DNA of 53,006 nt from an uncultured Clostridia bacterium (GTDB lineage Bacteria > Bacillota > Clostridia > Oscillospirales > Acutalibacteraceae). The notes under the pieces were generated by a model that did no database searches, was not told the DNA's origin, and was given only the letters and a program-made list of their open reading frames with translations. A program made the position numbers and the translations under genes. The stretch is from positions 1 to 53,006 of the forward strand of contig CALDOU010000034.1 of the NCBI GenBank assembly GCA_937912175.1, given 5' to 3'. Of the stretch, positions 38,270 through 46,889 are shown piece after piece; position 1 is the stretch's first letter; each line of letters opens with the position of its first letter.

Positions 38270-38962
38270 TTATACATCTGACAATATAATATTATCGAAC
38301 TCTTTATTAAAGTCATCTAGTGATAAATGGAATATTCCTTTATCTCCAACTGAATTCATAGTATCGTGGAGTTTTACTATCCAAGTACCGCCTTTAGCAT
38401 ATACATCTATTACTGAAATAGCGTGTCCTGAGAAAACCATAAAGTTTTTGCCGGTTTCGGGGTCTGTGTATTTACTGCTTTTTCTTTCAGCTTCCGCATT
38501 ATCTTTTCGACCTTTAAAAACATTAATTATTGATTTACCTTTAAGTGAGCTTAAATATTTTAATGTGGAATCTTTATCTAATGGAACCGGCTCAACTTTA
38601 ACTGTCTCACCGGTTAAAGTGGCCATTGCTATGCTGTTATAGATACCTTCAGCATACTTTGCAATTAATGTTTCTGAACCGGTTATGCCTTTTACTTCCG
38701 GAAATGGACAGCTTCCTTTCGGCGCTCCCCAATGCATTGGTAATATATTTTGTTTTTTGCTTAATTCTTTACATTCATGATTTAAATGTATGCCCCATGC
38801 ATGTTCAATCATAAGAGGCCATAATTCTGTTCCTTTTCGTTCTATTCCAGATGCTACCAAATCTTTGCATGAAACTTTATAATAATGTTTTGATGGTTTA
38901 CATCTTAAAACAGATTGTGATTTGTTCATAGATCCTAAACGCATCCAAAGTTTTACGTTCAA
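38270..38962 (-). pseudogene. Papain-fold (C39-like) cysteine-peptidase-like protein, apparently separated from its signal anchor by a frameshift
   Basis: Candidate nucleophile context KVSCKDLVASG. The His/Asp pattern FSGHAISVIDVYAKGGTWIVKLHDTMNS resembles the GH..V..GY....V...D pattern of C39-like peptidases. No good SD at 38962. An upstream SD-driven signal-anchor ORF lies in another frame. Confidence 0.45.
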
Positions 38963-39038
38963 GATCTCGTATCTCTTTTCCTTGATAAATTACTGTATAA
39001 ATTAAAATAAAGATTATTAAAAGTAAAAATATTTGCAT
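38898..39038 (-). CDS. 46-aa signal-anchor ORF (MQIFLLLIIFILIYTVIYQGK...) overlapping the 5' end of the peptidase-like ORF out of frame
   Basis: GGAGG lies 8 nt upstream of the ATG at 39038, followed by a hydrophobic N-terminal helix. The frame ends at TAA 38898-38900 inside the downstream ORF. Confidence 0.45.
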   Translation of the reverse strand: MQIFLLLIIFILIYTVIYQGKEIRDLERKTLDAFRIYEQITICFKM

Positions 39039-39152
39039 TTTCATTTCCTCCAAAAAATTTTTTCAAGACAAAGCAAAATAGACACCTCAAAAGATGTCTA
39101 AATGTAATCTTGTAGGATATTAAATTTGGCCCTTAAAAACAGAGTGTTTTTT

Positions 39153-39722
39153 CTATGCCTGCTTACGTTTTAAAATATTATACGCATAGCCTTTGTAGTC
39201 AGCAGGGCCAACTTTTGCGCCTATTTCTACAAGCATTTCGTTTAAAAGAGTTTTTACTTCATCTATTTTATCACTCTTGCCTTTATATTCTATTTCAATA
39301 TAAACGCCTAAATCTTTAACGTTGTCTATTGCTATTTCACAGCTTTTATATAAAAAACATCTCCTGAGCTTATCCACGACTATAAACGGGACAAAATTAG
39401 TGCCAAATCCGAATTTTTTCAAATATACGGACATTTCTTCTTTTGAGTTTATATCGTACTCTTCTTCCTCACAATACGTACAAATTTCTGCATCTTCCGG
39501 AAGCCAATGTTTATAATTAAAACTCAAATTCCCATTTTCTTCTCTTATCCTAATCCATTTTGTTACGTGATCTGGATTTTTGAAAAAACTGTCTTTCGGA
39601 TTATCGTAATAAGTATCAATTTGATGTTTATCTTTTACAGACACAATGCCTTTTTCTTCAAAAAATTTCATGACCTCTTCTTTATTAAAAAGTTCATTAC
39701 GTATCTCGATTTCTTTGCTCAT
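39153..39722 (-). CDS. CYTH-domain protein (triphosphate tunnel metalloenzyme / class-IV adenylate cyclase-like)
   Basis: N-terminal EIEIR (ExExK-type motif), IRIRE, and C-terminal YIEIEYKG. ATG at 39722; the longer ORF-track start is unsupported. Confidence 0.8.
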   Translation of the reverse strand: MSKEIEIRNELFNKEEVMKFFEEKGIVSVKDKHQIDTYYDNPKDSFFKNPDHVTKWIRIREENGNLSFNYKHWLPEDAEICTYCEEEEYDINSKEEMSVYLKKFGFGTNFVPFIVVDKLRRCFLYKSCEIAIDNVKDLGVYIEIEYKGKSDKIDEVKTLLNEMLVEIGAKVGPADYKGYAYNILKRKQA

Positions 39723-39853
39723 AACTATTTTCTCTTTCGATATATTATATTTATAAGAACCACAAGTTAGTTTACAACACATTATGGAATATTGTCAAGT
39801 ACTCAACAATAGTTTTAATGAAATGAAAAAAGCCCCCAGAAGTGGGGGTTAAG

Positions 39854-39929
39854 TGGCTCCCCCTGTTGGACTCGAACCAACGACCCTGCGGTTAACAGCC
39901 GCATGCTCTACCGACTGAGCTAAGGAGGA
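39854..39929 (-). tRNA. tRNA-Asn (anticodon GUU), CCA encoded
   Basis: The reverse complement tcctccttagctcagtcggtagagcatgcggCTGTTAAccgcagggtcgttggttcgagtccaacagggggagcca folds as a cloverleaf. Anticodon loop cuGUUaa. Confidence 0.93.
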
Positions 39930-39961
39930 ATATAAATTTTGAAACATCGCTTACAGTATTA

Positions 39962-39989
39962 ATTATAACCACTTTGAAAAGTATGTCAA
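39962..39989 (-). promoter_or_regulatory. Sigma-A promoter for tRNA-Asn
   Basis: Minus strand TTGACA, 16-nt spacer, TATAAT, about 30 nt upstream of the tRNA 5' end. Confidence 0.6.
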
Positions 39990-40004
39990 GTATATTTTCA
40001 AAAA

Positions 40005-40079
40005 AATATACTAATGGTGACTCGTATGGGATTCGAACCCATGTTACCGGCGTGAGAGGCCAGTGTCTTAACCGCTTGA
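40005..40079 (-). tRNA. tRNA-Glu (anticodon CUC), CCA encoded
   Basis: The reverse complement is ggctcgttggtcaagcggttaagacactggcCTCTCACgccggtaacatgggttcgaatcccatacgagtcacca. The architecture matches Firmicute tRNA-Glu, but the anticodon loop is cuCUCac. Confidence 0.9.
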
Positions 40080-40091
40080 CCAACGAGCCAC

Positions 40092-40120
40092 ATTAATTTT
40101 TATTATACTATTTTGCTAGT
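40092..40120 (-). promoter_or_regulatory. Sigma-A promoter for tRNA-Glu
   Basis: Minus strand TTGATT, 17-nt spacer, TATAAT, ending about 12 nt before the tRNA 5' end. Confidence 0.55.
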
Positions 40121-40290
40121 AATAAATCAATACTATTTTATTATATTGATTTTAATGAGTGTTTATTCAAATGCTTTTATTAAAGTTATAAATTGTATTT
40201 GATATTTGCTTTTGAATATTTTCATTGATTGATTAATAAACATAGTATAAACAAAACTATTTTTTATATAATAAACGGGAGGTTCGAATT

Positions 40291-41445
40291 TTGAACGCCG
40301 TATTAAAAAAAAAGATTGTAAATATTTCTTCCGATACCTTAGCAATATTTACCTTGATTTCTGCTTCTGTGTGTATAGGGCTGAAAACAAAAAGTTATTT
40401 TCCTTTAAATACGGAAAAAATAAATATGTTTGCGGCGACCTATTTTTTTTATAAAAGTAATTTCAAGCCACTGGCATTTTCAAAAAATATTTTTGACAAT
40501 AACTCGGAAAAAATAAATATAAAAGATTTTTATGGTAACAATAATAAAGAGACAAATTTTTCTGTTAATTCAAACGCCTATTCTCCGAGTAACATTAAAT
40601 TGCCTGATTTTAAAGGCGATTCCGATAATAATTCGGAATATCATTCTCCGGATGAAGCAAAGTATAAAATAATAGAAACCAATATCGGCGCCGGCGGAAC
40701 AAAATTTGAAAATTTTTATTTAAAAAATATAACGGGCCAGGATATTGATATTCAAGCTGAACTTAATAAAGCTCCGGAAATCAACATAACTAATACCAAA
40801 GAGCCTCAGGTTTTAATTTTTCACACTCATACATCAGAATCATACATGAAAAAAGACGACGGCTTTTTTTATGAAAGTTTTTATCCGCGCTCTCTTGATA
40901 ATGAAAAAAATGTAACTCGTGTGGGTAGAGAGATTGTTGAAAAATTAAAAGAAAATGGTATAAATGCTATTCATGACACTACCTATCACGATAATCCTTC
41001 ATATAACGGGTCTTATTCACGCTCAGCCAAAACAATTAAAGAGAATTTGGAAAAATATCCTTCAATTCAAGTTGTAATAGATATACATCGTGACAGTATG
41101 GGTTCCAAAGAGCAGGGAAAAGTTAAACCAACTTTTAAATATAAAGATAAAAAAGCCGCACAGTTGATGATAATTTCAGGGTGTGATCCGGACAAAAGCT
41201 TAGGATTTCCAAATTGGGAGAAAAATTTACGTTTAGCTTTAAGAATACAAAAATGTTGTGAAACTTTATTCCCGGGAATAACTCGTCCTTTGAATTTTTC
41301 TAAAGTAAAATATAATGAGCATCTTACCCCGGGTTCGCTTTTAATAGAAATAGGGAGTGACGCAAATACCCTTGAAGAAGCGGTTAATACCGGTGCTATG
41401 CTCGGAGAGGCTTTGTCGCAAGTTTTGAATGGTTTGAAAAAATAA
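40291..41445 (+). CDS. spoIIP: Stage II sporulation protein P (engulfment peptidoglycan hydrolase)
   Basis: N-terminal TM. VLIFHTHTSESY, DIHRD and LIEIGSDANTLEEA motifs of the SpoIIP family. Confidence 0.9.
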   Translation: MNAVLKKKIVNISSDTLAIFTLISASVCIGLKTKSYFPLNTEKINMFAATYFFYKSNFKPLAFSKNIFDNNSEKINIKDFYGNNNKETNFSVNSNAYSPSNIKLPDFKGDSDNNSEYHSPDEAKYKIIETNIGAGGTKFENFYLKNITGQDIDIQAELNKAPEINITNTKEPQVLIFHTHTSESYMKKDDGFFYESFYPRSLDNEKNVTRVGREIVEKLKENGINAIHDTTYHDNPSYNGSYSRSAKTIKENLEKYPSIQVVIDIHRDSMGSKEQGKVKPTFKYKDKKAAQLMIISGCDPDKSLGFPNWEKNLRLALRIQKCCETLFPGITRPLNFSKVKYNEHLTPGSLLIEIGSDANTLEEAVNTGAMLGEALSQVLNGLKK

Positions 41446-41472
41446 AGATTTAAAAAATAAAGAGGAATAAAT

Positions 41473-41697
41473 ATGATTGACAAAAAATCCGGCAAATGTT
41501 TTTTAACTTCTATGATGGCAACTTTTTACGTTTTATCATTGATATTGGGATTTATTTATGTAGAAAAAAACGCAAGGAATGTAATACTCGAAGACAGCCC
41601 TCCTTTTTTGGTATATAAACGAAATAATTTTAAATTTGAATTTTTAAAAATTCATTTTATGGGTAAAGATTATACTTTAATTTTTGACAAAAAATGA
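41473..41697 (+). CDS. Small membrane protein, unknown function
   Basis: AAGAGGA SD 6 nt upstream of the ATG, and one TM helix (MMATFYVLSLILGFIYV). Confidence 0.5.
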   Translation: MIDKKSGKCFLTSMMATFYVLSLILGFIYVEKNARNVILEDSPPFLVYKRNNFKFEFLKIHFMGKDYTLIFDKK

Positions 41698-41763
41698 TAT
41701 AATTAATCTGTGCGTTAATGGATATTGTTTGAAGATAAAATATATTTTGGAAGGAAATTGACA

Positions 41764-42435
41764 ATGAAAATTTCAAAGTTCAAAATAAATATTTTCATTA
41801 TGACGGTTTTGCCATTTCTATGTCTTGGGCTATGCGGTTTAGAAGTTGGAGCGGTGGAAGAGTCTGCCCCAAAAACTTCTCAGTCGGATAACGAAACAAA
41901 ATCACCTTCCAAAAAAGATAGTTTAAAAAACAGTGCTTTGTCTACCGCTACCAAAAAGAAAGAATCTACACCTTCTGTTGAAAATAAACCTACGGCGGAA
42001 AACAATACTGTAAGTCAAAATCAAAATCAAAGCCAGAATCAAAATTCGGAAAATAATACAAATGCTCAAAATGATGGGCCTATAGTTTCAGAAGATCAAG
42101 AAAAAAAAGAAAAAAGTCAAAAAAATAAAAACACACAAAAAAGCATCGATTCGACTGAAGAAAAAAAAGCCGAAGAAGAAAAAGTGGAATTTAATCTTCC
42201 GAGTGTGACTGAAGAAGAAGTTAACGATACTTCCAATATAAGCGACCCCATTCCTTCTCAAGAAGGTAAACCCAGTGTTTTAAGAACGGTTATTTCTTGG
42301 GCGCTTATAGCGGTTGGCATTATTTTAATTCTGAAAGTTTTAATAAATAATTTTAAAATTTCCAAAGATAATAAATTTAATTATAAAGGTAAACATCATT
42401 TTAAAAATCGTAAATATAATTTAAAGTATAAATAG
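41764..42435 (+). CDS. Signal-peptide protein with Ser/Asn/Gln/Lys-rich low-complexity region and C-terminal TM
   Basis: The ATG at 41764 follows GGAAGGA. Signal peptide MKISKFKINIFIMTVLPFLCLGLCG, C-terminal helix ISWALIAVGIILILKVLI. Confidence 0.6.
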   Translation: MKISKFKINIFIMTVLPFLCLGLCGLEVGAVEESAPKTSQSDNETKSPSKKDSLKNSALSTATKKKESTPSVENKPTAENNTVSQNQNQSQNQNSENNTNAQNDGPIVSEDQEKKEKSQKNKNTQKSIDSTEEKKAEEEKVEFNLPSVTEEEVNDTSNISDPIPSQEGKPSVLRTVISWALIAVGIILILKVLINNFKISKDNKFNYKGKHHFKNRKYNLKYK

Positions 42436-42448
42436 GGGAGAAATCTTA

Positions 42449-43834
42449 GTGGAAAGCAGCAAAATCACAAATTTGAAAAACATTAAAAAAATTTATTTTA
42501 TCGGTATAGGCGGCTCGGGAATGTTCCCTTTGGCTCAAATCTTATATGAGAAAGGATTCGAAGTCAGCGGCTCTGATATTTATGAATCGGATACGCTCCA
42601 AAAAGTAAGAAATTTAGGAATTAAAGTAAACACAAACCAAATTAAAGAAAATATAACCGACCAAGATTTAATAGTGTTTTCTGCGGCTATTAAAGAAACC
42701 AATCCGGAAATAATTTCCGCAAAAGAAAAAAATATTCCGATTTTGGAACGTAGCGTAATGCTTGGTATAATATTTAAACAATATAAAAACTCAATCGGAG
42801 TTTCGGGAACTCATGGTAAAACTACAACAACTTCTATGATTACATCAATACTTTTGGATGCCGAAAAATCACCTACGGCTGTTATCGGAGCAACCCTAAA
42901 TAAAATTAACGGAAACAGCTGTGTGGGAAATTCCGAAATTATCGTCGGAGAAGCTTGTGAATATGTAGATAGTTTTCTTCAACTTTATCCATATATTTCA
43001 GTTATTACCAATGTGGAGGCTGATCATTTAGACTATTTTAAAACTCTTGAAAATATTAAAAAGTCATTTCATCAGTTCGCAAATCAAACTTCACACTTGG
43101 TTATTGTTAATGGAGATAACCAAAACGCAAAAGAATGCACGGAAAATATTTCTGCTCAATGTATTACTTTTGGACTTTCTGAAAAAAATGATTATTTTGC
43201 GGATAATATAATTTATAATGTTCTTCAACATCCGAGTTTTGAAATTGTTTATAAAAATAAAAAATTGGCGGATATAGAATTAAGTGTTCCGGGTAGACAT
43301 AATATTTATAACGCATTGGCGGCTTTTATTGCATGTGTTGAATTGGGAGTACCGATTGAAATAATTAGACAGTCTCTAAAAAATTTTAACGGCGCACACA
43401 GAAGATTTGAATTTTTGGGGAAAATAAATGATATAACCGTGGTGGATGATTTTGCTCACCATCCGACAGAAATAGAAACTACTTTGAGGTCCGCATCTAA
43501 AATGGGATTTAATAAAGTTTGGGCAATATTTCAGCCGCATACTTATTCGAGAACATATATGTTTTTAAACGATTTTGTACAAGCACTTTCGTTGGCTGAC
43601 ACAGCAATAATTTCGGAAATATTGCCCGTCAGAGAAACAAATATATATAATATTTATTCCGAAGATATAGTTAATAAAATGAAAAACGGAATATATATAC
43701 CTGATTTTGAAGGTATTGCAGATTATATACTTAAAAATGCCAAAAGTGGTGATTTAATAATTACTTTGGGCGGTGGAAACGTGTATAAATGTGCTAGCAT
43801 GATAGTAAAAAAATTAAATACCGTATGTGAATAA
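42449..43834 (+). CDS. murC: UDP-N-acetylmuramate--L-alanine ligase
   Basis: IYFIGIGGSGM, GVSGTHGKTTTTSM, and the HPTEI region. GTG start after AGGGGAG. Confidence 0.95.
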   Translation: MESSKITNLKNIKKIYFIGIGGSGMFPLAQILYEKGFEVSGSDIYESDTLQKVRNLGIKVNTNQIKENITDQDLIVFSAAIKETNPEIISAKEKNIPILERSVMLGIIFKQYKNSIGVSGTHGKTTTTSMITSILLDAEKSPTAVIGATLNKINGNSCVGNSEIIVGEACEYVDSFLQLYPYISVITNVEADHLDYFKTLENIKKSFHQFANQTSHLVIVNGDNQNAKECTENISAQCITFGLSEKNDYFADNIIYNVLQHPSFEIVYKNKKLADIELSVPGRHNIYNALAAFIACVELGVPIEIIRQSLKNFNGAHRRFEFLGKINDITVVDDFAHHPTEIETTLRSASKMGFNKVWAIFQPHTYSRTYMFLNDFVQALSLADTAIISEILPVRETNIYNIYSEDIVNKMKNGIYIPDFEGIADYILKNAKSGDLIITLGGGNVYKCASMIVKKLNTVCE

Positions 43835-43912
43835 TCGATTTTGATTTTTAATAAAAATAAGTTATAATATAACAGTTGTTAAAATTAATTATTTATGTAA
43901 GGGGAGTTACTT

Positions 43913-44503
43913 ATGGGTGTATCATTTGAAAAAAGTAATACTAAAGTTAATTTAATGAAAGCTTTTGCCGGAGAAAGTCAAGCAAGAAACAGATATACTT
44001 TTGCTGCATCTCAAGCCAAAAAAGAGGGGCTTCAAGTTATAGAAAAGGTGTTTACTTTTACCGCTGAACAGGAAAAGGAACACGCTAAGTTGTTTTATAA
44101 AAAATTAAAACCGCTTTACGGGACCAATATAACCATAGAAAGCGATTTTCCGATTGATATTTATGATAATTCTTTGGATTTGTTAAAATGCGCTCAAAAC
44201 AATGAGTATGGGGAATATAAAGATGTTTATAAGAGTTTTGGCGATGAAGCCAAAGCCGAAGGATTTGATGAGATATCCAAACTTTTTTATAATGTTGCAG
44301 AAATAGAAAAAGTCCATGGAGATAGATTTGGAAAATTTATTGAATTGATTGAATCTAAACAACTGTTTGAATCTACGAACGAAGAACGTTGGATTTGTTT
44401 GAACTGTGGATATATTTATACGTCAAAATCCGCATTTAAAGATTGTCCCGTGTGTGACCACGGTGAAGGTTACCAAATGCGTTATGATTGGATATTAATT
44501 TAA
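43913..44503 (+). CDS. rbr: Rubrerythrin (diiron ferritin-like domain + C-terminal rubredoxin-like CxxC..CxxC)
   Basis: AFAGESQARNRY, EQEKEHA, EIEKVHGDRF, CLNCGY...CPVCDH. Confidence 0.92.
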   Translation: MGVSFEKSNTKVNLMKAFAGESQARNRYTFAASQAKKEGLQVIEKVFTFTAEQEKEHAKLFYKKLKPLYGTNITIESDFPIDIYDNSLDLLKCAQNNEYGEYKDVYKSFGDEAKAEGFDEISKLFYNVAEIEKVHGDRFGKFIELIESKQLFESTNEERWICLNCGYIYTSKSAFKDCPVCDHGEGYQMRYDWILI

Positions 44504-44545
44504 AATTAATATATAAATTTATAATTAAGGAAGAGGTAAAAATTA

Positions 44546-44959
44546 ATGTCGCAAGAAAGAACTTACATAATGCTTAAGCCCGATTGTGTAAAAAGAAAAT
44601 TAATGGGTAAGGTCATTTCAAGAATTGAAGAAAAAGGATATACTATTTCAAATATTAAAATGATGCACCTTGATGAACCTATTCTTCGCGAGCACTACGC
44701 TCATATTGCAGACCGCCCATTTTTCCCCGGTATTGTTGAATATATGACTTCGGGTCCTGTTGTCGGAATGATTGTAGAGGGAGAAAACGTAGTAAAAGGA
44801 ATGCGTATTCTTATGGGGGCCACTAAATTTGAAGAGGCTACCGCAGGTACCATCCGCGGAGATTTTGCAATGAGCACCGGTGAAAATATAATTCACGGTT
44901 CCGATTCTCCCGAAAACGGTGAAATCGAAATAAAAAGGTTTTTTGGAGAAAACGCATAG
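44546..44959 (+). CDS. ndk: Nucleoside-diphosphate kinase
   Basis: ERTYIMLKPD, GPVVGMIVEG, and NIIHGSDS with the catalytic His. Confidence 0.95.
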   Translation: MSQERTYIMLKPDCVKRKLMGKVISRIEEKGYTISNIKMMHLDEPILREHYAHIADRPFFPGIVEYMTSGPVVGMIVEGENVVKGMRILMGATKFEEATAGTIRGDFAMSTGENIIHGSDSPENGEIEIKRFFGENA

Positions 44960-44985
44960 TTTAATACACATACGGTGTTAAAGCA

Positions 44986-45030
44986 AGCCTATCAGTAAGT
45001 AAAAAAACTTATTGATAGGCTTTAATTTTG
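44986..45030. terminator. Bidirectional terminator between ndk (+) and rsmA (-)
   Basis: 15-bp stem agcctatcagtaagt / acttattgataggct with one G:U pair, an A6 loop, and T-rich flanks. Confidence 0.7.
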
Positions 45031-45055
45031 ATTAGAAATTTATATGTAAAAATAA

Positions 45056-45910
45056 TTAATTCAGTTTTTCCGAAATATTTATAAAGTCTTCTAAATTCAG
45101 CTGTTCGGCTCTCAAAGATGAGCTTATATTAACGGAATCTAATATGGATTTTATTTTGTCTTTGGGAATTTTCAAGCCGTGACTTAAAGAATTTAAAAGA
45201 TTTTTTCTGCGTTCGGAATAGGCGGCTTTTACAACTTTAAAAAACATTGTTTTGTTTTTTATGTTTTGCGAAACCGAATCGTTCATATTTATTTTTATTA
45301 CTGAAGAATCCACTTTTGGCGAAGGAATAAAACTGCCTTTGCTAACTTCAAATAAAATTTCCGGTGTTCCGTAATATCTTACCGCTAAACTTATTGCGCC
45401 GGATTTTCGTGTTCCGGGCAAAGCGCAAATCCTTTGAGCGGCTTCTTTTTGTACCATTACCGTAAGAGATTTAAAACCGGGATTATTTTCCAAAATATAC
45501 ATTATAATATCTGATGTAATGTAATAAGGAAGATTGGCGCAAATATTTACTTCAGAAAATTCGTTAAATTCCGTTTTCCAGAGTTCCTTTAAATTTATAT
45601 TTAAAATATCATCATTAATAAATTTTATATTATTAAATTCAGCGGTTGTTTCATTAAGTATAGGAATAAGCTTTTTATCAATTTCCACTGAGATTACTTT
45701 GCTAAATCTTTTGGCAAGTTCCACAGTTAATACTCCTATTCCCGGACCGATTTCCAATATGGCCGATTTTGAATTGCTTGTACAATTTTCTGCCATGTTT
45801 GGACATATTGAGGGGTTTGTAATAAAATTTTGACCCAGTGATTTAGAAAAATTAAATCCGTGTTTTTCCAATACTTTTTTAATGGTATTGATATTTGATA
45901 AATTTTCCAA
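45056..45910 (-). CDS. rsmA: 16S rRNA (adenine1518/1519-N6)-dimethyltransferase
   Basis: KSLGQNF, SAM motif ILEIGPGIGVLT, NLPYYIT. TTG start after AAGGAG. Confidence 0.94.
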   Translation of the reverse strand: MENLSNINTIKKVLEKHGFNFSKSLGQNFITNPSICPNMAENCTSNSKSAILEIGPGIGVLTVELAKRFSKVISVEIDKKLIPILNETTAEFNNIKFINDDILNINLKELWKTEFNEFSEVNICANLPYYITSDIIMYILENNPGFKSLTVMVQKEAAQRICALPGTRKSGAISLAVRYYGTPEILFEVSKGSFIPSPKVDSSVIKINMNDSVSQNIKNKTMFFKVVKAAYSERRKNLLNSLSHGLKIPKDKIKSILDSVNISSSLRAEQLNLEDFINISEKLN

Positions 45911-45980
45911 GTTTTTCTCCTTTTTTAAATTAAGTTAAGTCAAAAAATGAATTTTTGTTATTTGAGTTAGAGTGTTTTAT

Positions 45981-46577
45981 TTATTGAAATATATTTTCGC
46001 TTTCCAAAAAACTATAAAGTTTATTCAGGGCTATTGCTCTGTGATTTATTTTTTCCCGTTCGTTATCTTGCATTTGTGCCATAGTAATATCGTATCCATC
46101 GGGAATAAAACATGGACAATATCCAAACCCGTTTTCACCTTTGGGAGGAAAAATAAATTTCCCTTTAATTTCTCCGTTAAATATTTTTTTGATTATTTTT
46201 CCGTTTTTTTCGTATACAAGAGCTATAGAAGTATAGAATAAAGCCTTTTTATCATCCGTTAAACATTTATTAAGTATCTCGAAAGAATGCTCATAGCCTC
46301 CACAAGCTTCTGCAAACCTACCGCAAACCAATCCGGGGAAGCCGTTAAGTGCATTAAGTTCAAAACCGGAATCATCCGCCAAACTCGGTAAACCGCATAC
46401 AGAAAAAGCATTTTCAGCTTTAATAAGTGCATTTTCAGCGTATGATTTACCATTTTCAACCGGTTCTTGAATATTAAATTCTTTCATACTTTTAATATCT
46501 ATATTTAAAGGTTTTAAAAATTCTTTGATTTGAATTATTTTTCCGGTGTTGCCTGATGCCAAAACAATTTTTTTCAT
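45981..46577 (-). CDS. rdgB: Non-canonical purine NTP pyrophosphatase (XTP/dITP diphosphatase, RdgB/HAM1)
   Basis: IVLASGNTGK, ENG.SY.ENA..KA, DDSG, GFPG..S.RF and FGY.P.F motifs. Confidence 0.92.
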   Translation of the reverse strand: MKKIVLASGNTGKIIQIKEFLKPLNIDIKSMKEFNIQEPVENGKSYAENALIKAENAFSVCGLPSLADDSGFELNALNGFPGLVCGRFAEACGGYEHSFEILNKCLTDDKKALFYTSIALVYEKNGKIIKKIFNGEIKGKFIFPPKGENGFGYCPCFIPDGYDITMAQMQDNEREKINHRAIALNKLYSFLESENIFQ

Positions 46578-46798
46578 ATTTTCACCTTTTATTATTTAAC
46601 TTTATTTTTTAATAATTATACCATATTGTTATAAAACCAACAATTGGGGCTTTAAAACGTATGCGTTTATCAATATAAATAAAGTTTAAAATATCATAAC
46701 TATTTATATTTTGATTTAAAAAGAATTCAGGATATTAGTAGTTATTTTTTATTTTAAAAATATTTTGGGCATTTTAAATATAATACAATAGCAAAGAG

Positions 46799-46827
46799 TT
46801 GACTTTCTGGTTAGATAGATTTATAAT
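46799..46827 (+). promoter_or_regulatory. Near-consensus sigma-A promoter for the MTase/DUF262-HNH cassette
   Basis: TTGACT (46799-46804), 17-nt spacer, TATAAT (46822-46827). It lies 62 nt upstream of the GTG start. Confidence 0.6.
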
Positions 46828-46889
46828 GTGTAATATTTATATATTTTTGTATTATATTTATATGTTTTTGTGATTAGAGGTGGAAAATT

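Noticed and set aside
38270-39722. CYTH-domain protein plus peptidase-like protein as a signalling/effector (defence-type) pair next to tRNAs.
   Set aside because: A weak hairpin and T-tract (about 39075-39105, minus strand) and a 106-nt gap separate the two genes. Stand-alone CYTH proteins (YjbK-like) are common housekeeping genes in Firmicutes. Nothing supports a functional link.
41935-42200. Short tandem aatcaaaat/caaaatcaaagccagaatcaaaat repeats as a possible repeat element.
   Set aside because: This is in-frame low-complexity coding sequence (QNQNQSQNQN, K/E-rich) within a secreted protein. It is not an independent repeat or CRISPR.
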